Assembly (NCBI GenBank): GCA_963708045.1
Contig: OY970181.1
Location: 971,042-1,035,041 of the forward strand
Reading direction: 5' to 3'
From: an uncultured bacterium
GTDB taxonomy: Bacteria; Patescibacteriota; Patescibacteriia; CAIQCM01
DNA length: 64,000 nucleotides
In this document: in pieces, positions 38,950 to 47,849 of the stretch
How the letters are laid out: each line of letters starts with the position of its first letter
Position numbering within the stretch: position 1 is the first letter of the stretch
The notes under the pieces: model-generated
What the model saw: the letters and a program-made list of their open reading frames with translations, nothing else
Databases searched by the model: none
What the model was told of the DNA's origin: nothing
Position numbers and translations under genes: made by a program

Positions 38950-40437
38950 TTATTGCAATGCTATATCAACGGCTTTCATATCCCCAAGAATTGCAGCATA
39001 GGCAGCGCTCGCGCTTACCTTGCCGTCCATTACATCGCCCAAATGCATGGTAAATTTTAAGGTCAAATCTTTATATTTTTCGCCAAGAATATAATCAACG
39101 GTTTTTGAGTCAAAAACATTGCCCCCGTATTTTTCGGTGATGTAAGTGATAAAATTATCAAACTGATCAGTGTTGGTAGAAACGCCGCCCGCCTTGCTAA
39201 TATTACCTTTAATTCCCGAGGGAGCTTTGGCATATCTAATCCATTTTTCCGCTGAGTTTGGCGTGCTAAAAGACATAAGCAATTTTACCGCTTCATCCCT
39301 AACAGGCGAATCTTTGGCCACGGCAAACATTGGATTATAACCGCCCATATAATGATCAACTGGTTCGTACGTCGGCATCTCAACCGGTACCATTTTCATT
39401 GTTTTTGTTGCATCAATACCGTGCCAATGGCTATACAACCAACTCGCACCACATACTGTGAAGACAGCTTTATTCTCTAGCACATAATTGCGAGTGTCAA
39501 ACCAATTAAGATCCTTCCAGTCAGAAATAAGCGGTTTATATTTTGCCAGTTCACCGAGCGAACCAAGCACTTTTTTAACGGCCGCCATTTTCGTATTTGA
39601 CGGGGTTGTGCTCTCTAAGTCCGCCAAGCTGGCAAATTGCGAACGAAACAAACTTTGAAAAATATTCCAAGTGCTGGGCGCATAACCGATTCCACCTTTG
39701 TAATCCCCGCTGTCATAAAGAATAGGAATACTCGTTTTATTCTTCTTATTGTAATCACTAACTTGTTTAAAGTAGCCCAGCAGGTCGTCAAAAGTCATGT
39801 TTTTATCCTTAACCTGAATCCCCATTTTATCGGTTAATTCTTTATTATAGAAGAACGGTTGATAAAAACCCTCAATATATGGACCAGTGATCGTTCCGTT
39901 CATATGGTTTCTATATTGCGGGTCAGACAAAATAAACGATTTCTGCGTTTCATTAAAACCCGGAACAGTTTCAAAATCAACTAAATACTTTTTGCCCCAG
40001 TCTGGATTGTTCAAACCGTTGGCGATTTCTTGATAATAAAAAGGTTCCAACCAAATAATATCCCACAAAATCTTTCCCGTTTTAAATTGATTGATTGACG
40101 CTTGAATCGCGCCCTCGCGTCCACCTAAAAAATCTCCGTTCCACTTAATATCCACGCTAATGTTTGGATTTCTAGTCTCAAATTCTTTAATTGTTTCCGT
40201 TAAAAAATTCTCACGAAGATCTTCCCCCTTCCACTGACCCTGCAAGTTGATAATTTTTTTAACTTCGGCGACACTATTCGCTAAATTAATACGACTGGTT
40301 TTTGTTACTAAAATAGAATTGTTGGAACTAAAATACCAAACCACCGTGCCGACAGTAACGAGACCCAAAACCACTAGAAGAATTTTAAGTGTCCAATTTT
40401 TAGATTGACCGCCAGGCGTCTGCAAATTCATAATCAA
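38950..40437 (-). CDS. Extracellular solute-binding protein (sugar-type SBP fold)
   Basis: N-terminal anchor; EFETRNPNISVDI, FFYNKEL, TFDDLL patterns. Confidence 0.75.
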   Translation of the reverse strand: MIMNLQTPGGQSKNWTLKILLVVLGLVTVGTVVWYFSSNNSILVTKTSRINLANSVAEVKKIINLQGQWKGEDLRENFLTETIKEFETRNPNISVDIKWNGDFLGGREGAIQASINQFKTGKILWDIIWLEPFYYQEIANGLNNPDWGKKYLVDFETVPGFNETQKSFILSDPQYRNHMNGTITGPYIEGFYQPFFYNKELTDKMGIQVKDKNMTFDDLLGYFKQVSDYNKKNKTSIPILYDSGDYKGGIGYAPSTWNIFQSLFRSQFASLADLESTTPSNTKMAAVKKVLGSLGELAKYKPLISDWKDLNWFDTRNYVLENKAVFTVCGASWLYSHWHGIDATKTMKMVPVEMPTYEPVDHYMGGYNPMFAVAKDSPVRDEAVKLLMSFSTPNSAEKWIRYAKAPSGIKGNISKAGGVSTNTDQFDNFITYITEKYGGNVFDSKTVDYILGEKYKDLTLKFTMHLGDVMDGKVSASAAYAAILGDMKAVDIALQ

Positions 40438-40446
40438 ATTAAAAAA

Positions 40447-40869
40447 TTAATGACCGGAATGATTCTTAATGATCACATCAATCTTTTCAACAATATCACC
40501 AAGTTTCATATTGGCTTTAACCCAATAATCATCAGCACCAAGCGCTTTGCTTTTTTCAACGTCTTCCGACCTGTCACCAAAATTTGTAAGCATTACCACT
40601 GGCAAATTTTTATAAATATGATCAGCCTTCATGACTTTAAGCATTTCCAAACCGTTCATTTTTGGCATCATTATATCCAAAAGAACTATATCCGGCCGAT
40701 CATTTTTTAAAGCCTTAAGTCCTTCTTCGCCGTTAAAAGCCGTGGTCAAATTAAAACCAACTAGTTTTAATTTTCTTTGATACATTCTTACGATCATCGG
40801 ATCGTCTTCAACAAGCAGAACTTTCTTGTTCTTGGGCGACGACTTGACTTTTGACGCTTGACTGATCAT
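40447..40869 (-). CDS. Single-domain response regulator, close paralogue of 36702..37133
   Basis: LVEDD, PDIVLLDIMMP; shares GDR.EDVEK.K.LGA.DYWVKAN. Confidence 0.92.
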   Translation of the reverse strand: MISQASKVKSSPKNKKVLLVEDDPMIVRMYQRKLKLVGFNLTTAFNGEEGLKALKNDRPDIVLLDIMMPKMNGLEMLKVMKADHIYKNLPVVMLTNFGDRSEDVEKSKALGADDYWVKANMKLGDIVEKIDVIIKNHSGH

Positions 40870-41018
40870 TTTTATAGCTTTATATCTTTAAAAACCTGTA
40901 CACATTTTAATTATAGCACAGAAAATAAAAAAATTCTCCCACAAACCGTAGTTAGGGGGATAAAACATTCCATCAAAAGTCACATTGAATATAAACCAAC
41001 TTTGGGTTGTTTGCAAAA

Positions 41019-41089
41019 CTCCGAGGGATGGATTCGAACCATCATAGCGGGATTCAAAGTCCCGAGTCCTGCCATTAGACGACCTCGGA
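41019..41089 (-). tRNA. tRNA-Gln(TTG)
   Basis: TCCGAGG acceptor stem, CGGGA-CT-TTG-AA-TCCCG, GGTTCGAATCC. Confidence 0.95.
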
Positions 41090-41170
41090 GTTTTATAAAC
41101 AACCTCTTCCGATTGATTCACATAGACTACGGAAAAAAACAAGTTTTAATCAAGGGCTACCCATAAATAG

Positions 41171-41201
41171 AACGAGCAGCCTGTGCGAGGCTGCTCGTTT
41201 T
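41171..41201. terminator. Terminator hairpin
   Basis: AACGAGCAGCCT-GTGCG-AGGCTGCTCGTT. Confidence 0.75.
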
Positions 41202-41236
41202 CTTCGGACGCAATTGATCCTGAGACCAATATACCC

Positions 41237-42073
41237 TTACGCCGCAGAAGAAAGTCTTTGAACAATCCCCTCAGCCTCCTTTGCTAAAGACAATGCTTCG
41301 GTCAGCAAAGACGAACAAAGAGTATTCGTGACCGCGCCCCCCATTTGCAGTTCTCTAATTTTCCTCTTTGCCGACTGTTGAATCTCGTCAAGAGTCACCA
41401 GGTTGATCACGCGAGCGCCCCTGTTTCTACAAGCGTGAACCCAGCGATGAGCTAAATGAACCCAAAGCGCCAAGTCTTCTTTTTTCTCGGCCTTGCCAAC
41501 GAACTCATTGGCCTTTTCCAGATGCCCAACGATCCCCTTCACGATTCCAGGGGTTGGATCAACCTGCGTACCATCGGGCATTGCTTGTGTCGGAGCCCTA
41601 TTTCTCACAAACGCATCTTTTGACGTCCTCCGCCCTATAATATTAATGGCGCCAAAAACTTCAGCAGATAACGTGTTCAGAAACAGGTTCGCCACCACCA
41701 TCTTGGCCGCAATTAAAAGGACAGCATTGTCGCCGATTTTTGCGAAAACGTCGGGCAGTTCGGCAACCGTACCCGCCTCGGAACCTTTTGGCGAGTCGTC
41801 TGCATCAAGGAGAATAACCCGCTTTCCATTCGGCGCAATTCTGTCAACACAATCGCGAATCATTTGGGCGGCTTCGCACAAAAACTCATCGGGCGTTCGC
41901 GAAATAGCAAACCTTCCTTCCAGCGCCTTGGCGGCACCGATACCAACACCTTCCATATGAGGACGTCCCAAAGTGTCAAGAATCTCAAGACGAAACCTTC
42001 CAGCCACAGCAACAATCTCAGTGAGCGCGATTGCCGTCTGTGAACTAAGTTCGATCGGTGTTTTCTCGTCCAT
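41237..42073 (-). CDS. Orphan hypothetical protein
   Basis: 278-aa ORF, purine-rich SD-like leader, downstream terminator; no recognisable motif. Confidence 0.7.
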   Translation of the reverse strand: MDEKTPIELSSQTAIALTEIVAVAGRFRLEILDTLGRPHMEGVGIGAAKALEGRFAISRTPDEFLCEAAQMIRDCVDRIAPNGKRVILLDADDSPKGSEAGTVAELPDVFAKIGDNAVLLIAAKMVVANLFLNTLSAEVFGAINIIGRRTSKDAFVRNRAPTQAMPDGTQVDPTPGIVKGIVGHLEKANEFVGKAEKKEDLALWVHLAHRWVHACRNRGARVINLVTLDEIQQSAKRKIRELQMGGAVTNTLCSSLLTEALSLAKEAEGIVQRLSSAA

Positions 42074-42126
42074 TGCTTCCCTTCCCTTCTTTAAAAAGAT
42101 CAGTTAAACCTGCTCCGTCTTTAACA

Positions 42127-43389
42127 TTATTTATGCGTTCCGTCAACCGCAACCGCCTCGCCAGCGAGGTAGCCAGTTGTCCAACAAATTTGCAAAGAAA
42201 ATCCGCCGGATGGACGATTAAAATTAAGCGCATCGCCTAAAATATAAAGATTGGAATTAATTTTTGAACGCATCGTGCGAAAATCAACTTCGGCAGGAGA
42301 AACACCACCTGAGCTTACAATTGCTTTGTCCGACCCAAGTAAGCCACTTGCCGTAAGACGAAAATCTTTAAGCATTTTAACGATCATTGCCCGTTCGGTG
42401 CGCGATACCCTGTTTACCCATTTTTCCGAATCAATATTATTTATTTGTAAAATAATTTCCAAAACTTTTTCTGGAAGCAAATGAACCAGAACGTTTTTAA
42501 TTTTTTTACTATTATTTTTCGCAAAAATTTTTAAAAGTTCGCTGTCTAATTCCGCTTGCGTTTTTTCAGGGATAAAATCAACAGCAATAATCGTTTCCCC
42601 CGTTTTAAGCGCCTCACCAATTTTTTTACTCATATTTAAAATAAGCGGACCCGACAAACCAAAATGCGTAAATAGTATTTTACCAGCCTTGCGCTCAATC
42701 TTTTTTCCGTTCGCAAGCAGACTTACTCGCGCTTTAGGAAAAGACAGACCCGACAAATTACTTACCCATTTTTCTTTAACCATTACCGGCACCAGCGAGA
42801 CGTCGGATGGAATAATCGTATGACCGGTTTTGGCAAGCCACTTAAAACCATCGCCCGTGGAACCAGTTTCTGGATAAGCAATGCCACCCGTCGCAATTGC
42901 AAGCGAGCGAGCGCGAAACTCGCCAGCCGAAGAAACGACTCTGGCATAATCGTCATAAACAAAAACCTTTTCCACCGAAGCATTTAAGACCACACGAACG
43001 CCACCCTCGCGCATATACTCAGCAAGGGCACGAATAACATCACGAGCATCATTGGTTACCGGAAAAACCCGACCCTCGGCCTCTTCTTTTGTTTTTAACC
43101 CGCGCGCTTCAAAAAAAGCGATTGCTTCGCTTACGCCAAAACGCGAAAAAGACGCAAAAAGCTGCTTACCGCCCGCGCCATAACGATTGACTAAATCACG
43201 AACATTATCTATTGCATTGGTTAAATTACAGCGTCCGCCGCCCGTAAGTGCTAATTTTTTTCCCAGCACCGGATTTTTTTCCAAAAGCAAAACTCGCGCC
43301 CCGCGTTCAGCCGCGCGCCCCGCACACATCATTCCAGCGGGTCCGCCACCGACGACAATTAGATCAAACTTTTCTTCGTTTTGTATCAT
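42127..43389 (-). CDS. HI0933/BaiN-family flavoprotein
   Basis: GGGPAG, GKKLALTGGGRCNLTN, GRVFP, ATGG..YPETGSTGDG, LFTHFGLSGP. Confidence 0.93.
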   Translation of the reverse strand: MIQNEEKFDLIVVGGGPAGMMCAGRAAERGARVLLLEKNPVLGKKLALTGGGRCNLTNAIDNVRDLVNRYGAGGKQLFASFSRFGVSEAIAFFEARGLKTKEEAEGRVFPVTNDARDVIRALAEYMREGGVRVVLNASVEKVFVYDDYARVVSSAGEFRARSLAIATGGIAYPETGSTGDGFKWLAKTGHTIIPSDVSLVPVMVKEKWVSNLSGLSFPKARVSLLANGKKIERKAGKILFTHFGLSGPLILNMSKKIGEALKTGETIIAVDFIPEKTQAELDSELLKIFAKNNSKKIKNVLVHLLPEKVLEIILQINNIDSEKWVNRVSRTERAMIVKMLKDFRLTASGLLGSDKAIVSSGGVSPAEVDFRTMRSKINSNLYILGDALNFNRPSGGFSLQICWTTGYLAGEAVAVDGTHK

Positions 43390-43430
43390 ATCTCTACCTT
43401 ACTTGATTGTTAGTGTTTTTCCAATGCCCT

Positions 43431-43547
43431 TTTAGCCCCCTTTTGGTAAACGGGAGGGTAGGGAGAATTCTGTATTATTACGTTAAAGTTATTTACGGCG
43501 AAACGAACTCCCCCTACCCCCTCTTTTGCAAAGAGTGGGCTAAGATT
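43431..43547. repeat. REPIN/MITE-like element, copy 2
   Basis: Nearly identical to 8327..8451. Confidence 0.85.
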
Positions 43548-43639
43548 GGTTACAGATTTCATGTCTACTAATGTGTAAAGAGAGGGCGATGACAAAATTT
43601 TCAAATACAATCTTTTTTACAAAGAGAGTGACGAAGGCA

Positions 43640-43761
43640 CGAAAAATCTTAGTCCTCCCTTTGGTAAAAGGGAGGGTAGGGAGAGTTCTGTATTTTAGCG
43701 TTAAAGTTATTTATGACGGAACAAACTCCCCTACCCCCTCCCGATGGCCATCGGGAGGGGG
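43640..43761. repeat. REPIN/MITE-like element, copy 3
   Basis: Same left half and spacer; right hairpin CCCTCCCGATGGCCATCGGGAGGG. Confidence 0.85.
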
Positions 43762-43827
43762 TACCAAATACAAAATCGGGACAGCGATCAGCTGACCCGA
43801 TTAATAAAAACTTTTTATTTTACATGG

Positions 43828-44736
43828 CTAAACCTTCATATATCTTCCGACAGCGTAAATGGAGGCCAAACTCGTAAGAACGGCGATGGAGGCGTATTCG
43901 CAAACGGCGATTACGACAACATTTTTAATAAAATATTGCGCGAGCATAGGGTCAACGCCCAAAAACCCGCTTAGCGCCGACGAACCAAAATACAAAGCCG
44001 CCGCGGCTATACCTGAAGATATGACCAGCGAAAAAAATGAAATTACCAAACTTTCAATTATAAACGGCAAGCGAATAAACATTCCCGAAGCACCGACTAA
44101 CTTCATAATCCCGATCTCGTCTTTGTGCGTAAAAATAGCAACCCGCACTGAATTAACCATAATAATTACGGCAATGAGCGCAAAAAATATAAGCAAGGTG
44201 GCGCCGATATCGCGAACTCGTCCTTTAATATTTTCCACGCGATCAACCAAAGCGCGATAATCTTCAAAATTCTTTTCGGCGATCAAATCTTTGTAAGCCG
44301 GGTGATCAAGCGCCGTTAAAATCATTTGATACTGATCAAGCGCCTTAGCTTTTACAACAAGCGTTGTTCCGAGCGGATTATCGCCAACTTCGTCCAGTGC
44401 TTTCATTACGTCGGAATCATCTTTGTGGCGTTCTTTAAATTTAGCGAGCGCCTCGTCGGGCGTAATACTTGTAACGGTTGAAACCTGAGGCAGACCGGCC
44501 AAATAACTGCGCACCGCCGTAACCTGATCACCCGTTGCGCTTGGCACCAAATAAACAGCCACATCAATTTTGTCCTCAAAAGCCGAAGAAACTGCCGAAG
44601 CGGTCACGTTTAGCGACAAAAGAATATTCACGGAAAACAAAGTAACCGTAAGGACAACAATCGTCATTATGGAAAGCCACAAGTTGCGGCCAATATTCTG
44701 AAAAGCAAATTTAATAACGCGAAATAGTTTATTCAC
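43828..44736 (-). CDS. ftsX: Cell division permease FtsX
   Basis: 4-TM layout, NPL, NSVRVAIF..EIGIMKLVGAS..IRLPF; follows ftsE. Confidence 0.93.
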   Translation of the reverse strand: MNKLFRVIKFAFQNIGRNLWLSIMTIVVLTVTLFSVNILLSLNVTASAVSSAFEDKIDVAVYLVPSATGDQVTAVRSYLAGLPQVSTVTSITPDEALAKFKERHKDDSDVMKALDEVGDNPLGTTLVVKAKALDQYQMILTALDHPAYKDLIAEKNFEDYRALVDRVENIKGRVRDIGATLLIFFALIAVIIMVNSVRVAIFTHKDEIGIMKLVGASGMFIRLPFIIESLVISFFSLVISSGIAAAALYFGSSALSGFLGVDPMLAQYFIKNVVVIAVCEYASIAVLTSLASIYAVGRYMKV

Positions 44737-44750
44737 AACTTTTTGAAATA

Positions 44751-44809
44751 CGTCCCGCGATCGCGGGACGATTCCGGATTAGATATTAGAAATTAGACAT
44801 TAGATATTT
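44751..44809. repeat. Perfect 20-bp palindrome plus ATTAGAN heptamer x4
   Basis: CGTCCCGCGATCGCGGGACG (44751-44770), then ATTAGAT-ATTAGAA-ATTAGAC-ATTAGAT. Confidence 0.8.
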
Positions 44810-45491
44810 AGATGACGTATTTCCCCACCTCAGCATCATTAACAAGCATCCCGTCTTCCAGAGTAATGACGCGACGCTTAAGACCGTTCACAATTTCACG
44901 ATTGTGCGTCACAAGCAAAACGGTGGTGCCAAATTGATTGATCTTTAAAAGCAAGTTGGTAATCTCTTTGGCATTCAAGGCGTCCAAGTTTCCCGTCGGC
45001 TCGTCGGCAACAAGTAACTTTGGCCGATTGGCGAGCGAGCGCGCCACAACCACCCGCTGCTGTTCGCCGCCCGAGAGTTGGCGCGGATAGCGATCACATT
45101 TATCTTCCAAATTAACAATCTTAAGCAAATTAGGAACAACTTTTTTAATTTCTTTGTTTGATGCACCGCAAGCTTCTAGCGCAAAAGCGACATTTTCGTA
45201 AACCGTCTTTGCGGGCAAAAGTTTAAAATCCTGAAAAATAACACCGATCTGCCGGCGCAAAAATGGCACTTCACCCGGACGAATATTGGCAACGTCCCAG
45301 TCGCCGATTTTGATCTCGCCCTTAGTTGGTTTTTCTTCGGCAATAATCAATTTAACGAGCGTAGTTTTGCCACTTCCCGACTGCCCAACAACTGACACAA
45401 ATTCTCCCGGGTTAATACGCAAATGAATACTGCGCAAAGCCGGCGGCAGGTTATCAGCGTAATATTTTGTAACGTTTTTAAGATTGATCAT
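44808..45491 (-). CDS. ftsE: Cell division ATP-binding protein FtsE
   Basis: GQSGSGKT, LRRQIGVIFQDFKLL, LSGGEQQR, ADEPTGNLD. Start taken at MINLK. Confidence 0.95.
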   Translation of the reverse strand: MINLKNVTKYYADNLPPALRSIHLRINPGEFVSVVGQSGSGKTTLVKLIIAEEKPTKGEIKIGDWDVANIRPGEVPFLRRQIGVIFQDFKLLPAKTVYENVAFALEACGASNKEIKKVVPNLLKIVNLEDKCDRYPRQLSGGEQQRVVVARSLANRPKLLVADEPTGNLDALNAKEITNLLLKINQFGTTVLLVTHNREIVNGLKRRVITLEDGMLVNDAEVGKYVI

Positions 45492-45579
45492 CGTGGTTTT
45501 GTATTGTAGCACGTTTTGTATGAACAATGAACTATGAACAATAAACAACCAACCAAAAATACGATTGCGAATTAAATAT

Positions 45580-46398
45580 TTATTTCCTTTTTATATTCAA
45601 AAAAGCAAATTGCTTTTTTTCTTCATTATAAAGCGAATTAATGCTTACGCCAGAAAGATTTTGACTAAAAATTCTGACATTATCCAGCTGACCGACAAAA
45701 CTCGTACAGCACATACCTCGGCCAATCCAAGGCGCGATGTCGTTTCTATCGGCATAAGAATATGGTAAGGAAACCGTTCCGACAAGATGACCATCAATGT
45801 AACCGGAAAACAAATGACCAGTAACGTCAAAAACACCGGCAACATGATGCCATTTTCCGTCGTTTGCTGTTTTTGTTCCACACGTTGTCTCCGTCCATGC
45901 GTCGGTGCCGCCAATAAGAAAACCAATTACTCCCGTGCTGAGTCCAAACCGATATCCAACACCGGAACCAGCATTGGCAATGACGTACATTTGACCGTTA
46001 ATGCTTGTTGTTTTTATCCAAAACGCGATTGTAAAATTAGTATTAGAAATTCCTAAGCTCGATGCCGGATTAACATGATCCGAGCCAGTAAAATTCATTG
46101 AATATTTTGAGCCAGAACCAAAAGTATCAGTACTCCAAGTTGGACTGCCAGAAATAGACGCGTTGTTTCCGTTTCCTGAGGAGTCAACAATAACACTTCC
46201 CGAACCTTCTTCAAAATCATAAGCCGCGACAAGCGCCGAGCCCAGGCTATTGTATAAACTTTGTTCAAAGGAAGCGCCGGAGGCAATCCTGGCTTTGTCT
46301 CTCGTCGTTGTAAGCGAAACCACGGCGATAGTGGAAAGCAGGCCGACAATAGCAATGACGACTAAAAGTTCAATTAGAGTAAAAGCTTTTGATTTCAT
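45580..46398 (-). CDS. Type IV pilin-like protein with LamG/concanavalin domain
   Basis: Prepilin motif KAFTLIELLVVIAI; FTIAFWIK, DGKWHHVAG, GQLDNVRIF. Confidence 0.9.
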   Translation of the reverse strand: MKSKAFTLIELLVVIAIVGLLSTIAVVSLTTTRDKARIASGASFEQSLYNSLGSALVAAYDFEEGSGSVIVDSSGNGNNASISGSPTWSTDTFGSGSKYSMNFTGSDHVNPASSLGISNTNFTIAFWIKTTSINGQMYVIANAGSGVGYRFGLSTGVIGFLIGGTDAWTETTCGTKTANDGKWHHVAGVFDVTGHLFSGYIDGHLVGTVSLPYSYADRNDIAPWIGRGMCCTSFVGQLDNVRIFSQNLSGVSINSLYNEEKKQFAFLNIKRK

Positions 46399-46462
46399 TA
46401 AGGTAGCTAATATTTTTTTATATTATATCGCATAACCCCGGCGCAAACTAATGTCCCGCCAC

Positions 46463-46510
46463 ACCCCTCACCCGGCCTTCAACCACCCTCTCCCACACTT
46501 GGGAGAGGGT
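46463..46510. repeat. REP-like palindrome, single half
   Basis: ACCCCTCACCCGG..ACCCTCTCCCA-CACT-TGGGAGAGGGT. Confidence 0.7.
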
Positions 46511-46549
46511 GGTCCGTGAATTTTTTAAACAAAAAAACCACAGAACTTC

Positions 46550-46678
46550 TAGCCCCTCCCTTTGGTAAAAGGGAGGGTGGCCGAAGGCCGGGAGAGTTCT
46601 GTTTTATTACGTTAAAGTTATTTATGACGAAACGAACTCCCCCTACCCCCTCCCCGATGGCCATCGGGGAGGGGGCTA
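46550..46678. repeat. REPIN/MITE-like element, copy 4
   Basis: Same hairpins and spacer, with an extra GGCCGAAGGCC in the left arm. Confidence 0.85.
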
Positions 46679-46697
46679 AAAAATATTTTATATAAAA

Positions 46698-46727
46698 CAA
46701 AAACCCCGAAGAAGATCGAGGTTTTTG
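46698..46727 (-). terminator. Terminator after tRNA-Thr
   Basis: CAAAAACC.CGA...TCG.GGTTTTTG. Confidence 0.55.
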
Positions 46728-46730
46728 CTA

Positions 46731-46802
46731 AGCCGGTGGTGAGAGTCGAACTCACGACCTCTGCTTTACGAAAGCATTGCTCTGCCACTGAGCTACACCG
46801 GC
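46731..46802 (-). tRNA. tRNA-Thr(CGT)
   Basis: GCCGGTG acceptor stem, TGCT-TT-CGT-AA-AGCA anticodon arm, GAGTTCGACTCTC. Confidence 0.93.
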
Positions 46803-46842
46803 GAACGAGTTGTAAGTTGTTGGTTTCTGGTAAAAGAAACGA

Positions 46843-47157
46843 CTATTTGGACAAGATTACGAGCAAAAAGAATACCACCAACCAGAAAAAAAGCCAAGAG
46901 AAGGTGTAGATAAGCATTTTCACAGCCTCTTTTTTGGCACCGTCCAAATACATTAAAATCGGCTTGCCAAAGACGAGCGAGCTAGTTATGCCAGCCGAGA
47001 AAACAAAAAGCAATAACATCATCACCCCAGTAAGTGCGGTATCAACTTTTCCAAAAAGACGACTGCCGTTACTCATTAATTGCGAAACCAAAAATACATA
47101 AACAACAACTCCCAACGAATGCAACAAACTTTGTTTTATTAATTCAAATTTTTTCAT
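46843..47157 (-). CDS. Small 3-TM membrane protein
   Basis: Starts at MKKFELIK (the longer ORF overlaps tRNA-Gly); three hydrophobic helices. Confidence 0.75.
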   Translation of the reverse strand: MKKFELIKQSLLHSLGVVVYVFLVSQLMSNGSRLFGKVDTALTGVMMLLLFVFSAGITSSLVFGKPILMYLDGAKKEAVKMLIYTFSWLFFWLVVFFLLVILSK

Positions 47158-47179
47158 AGTTTTTATTTGCGGATCTCTT

Positions 47180-47250
47180 AGCGGGATACGAGAATCGGAC
47201 TCGCGTCTCATGCTTGGGAAGCATGCATACTACCATTGTACTAATCCCGC
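47180..47250 (-). tRNA. tRNA-Gly(CCC)
   Basis: GCGGGAT acceptor stem, CATGC-TT-CCC-AA-GCATG; T-loop TCCGATT. Confidence 0.9.
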
Positions 47251-47342
47251 TAAGAAACCCGCCGTTTAATAAGTTTACGAAAACTTTATCACGAACTACT
47301 ATTTTTTAAAACCCTCCTCAGAAAACTGGTTTAATCATTTTT

Positions 47343-47390
47343 TCCTTCCCCCAAAAATGGGGGAAGGTGCCCGAGAGGGCGGATGAGGGT
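47343..47390. repeat. REP-like palindrome, downstream flank of DUF559
   Basis: CCTTCCCCCA-AAAA-TGGGGGAAGG-TGCCCGAGAGGGCGGATGAGGG. Confidence 0.8.
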
Positions 47391-47397
47391 TTTTGGA

Positions 47398-47754
47398 TTA
47401 TTCAATTTCAAGCTTAATCCTTATCGCTTCCAAAATTAAATTTAGATCCCTCATAACATCATTATTCCAGAATCTAAGAACCGTAATATTTAATGAGTTT
47501 AAAAATAGCGTCCGCTTGTTGTCATAATCAACATCTTCAATATGCTGTGAGCCATCAAGCTCTATAGCCAATTTTCTCTCGCGACAATAAAAATCCAAAA
47601 TATATGGATCAAGGCTATATTGTCGCTTAAACTTTAAACCAAAAAATCTCCCGCCTCTTACCCTATTCCAAAACAATCTTTCTGCTTCGGTTTGATTATG
47701 CCGCAGTTCGCGACGAAACGATAACAATTTTTTTGAATTTGCTATTTGTTTCAC
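47398..47754 (-). CDS. DUF559 (Vsr-like PD-(D/E)XK) endonuclease
   Basis: RRELRHNQTEAERLFW, KFKRQY, YILDFYC, IELDGSQH, VLRFWN. Confidence 0.92.
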   Translation of the reverse strand: MKQIANSKKLLSFRRELRHNQTEAERLFWNRVRGGRFFGLKFKRQYSLDPYILDFYCRERKLAIELDGSQHIEDVDYDNKRTLFLNSLNITVLRFWNNDVMRDLNLILEAIRIKLEIE

Positions 47755-47795
47755 CGTGTTATTATAACATTTTGTTTATTAATCACCGTTTCAAA

Positions 47796-47835
47796 ACCCC
47801 CCACCCCAGCCCCTCCCCCATTTTTGGGGGAGGGT
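47796..47835. repeat. REP-like palindrome, upstream flank of DUF559
   Basis: ACCCCCCACCCCAG-CCCTCCCCCA-TTTT-TGGGGGAGGG. Confidence 0.8.
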
Positions 47836-47849
47836 GTAGAAAATAATTT

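Noticed and set aside
8327-46678. CRISPR array or integron attC sites
   Set aside because: Repeats are dispersed, not regularly spaced with unique spacers; there are no cas or intI genes and no RYYYAAC/GTTRRRY ends.
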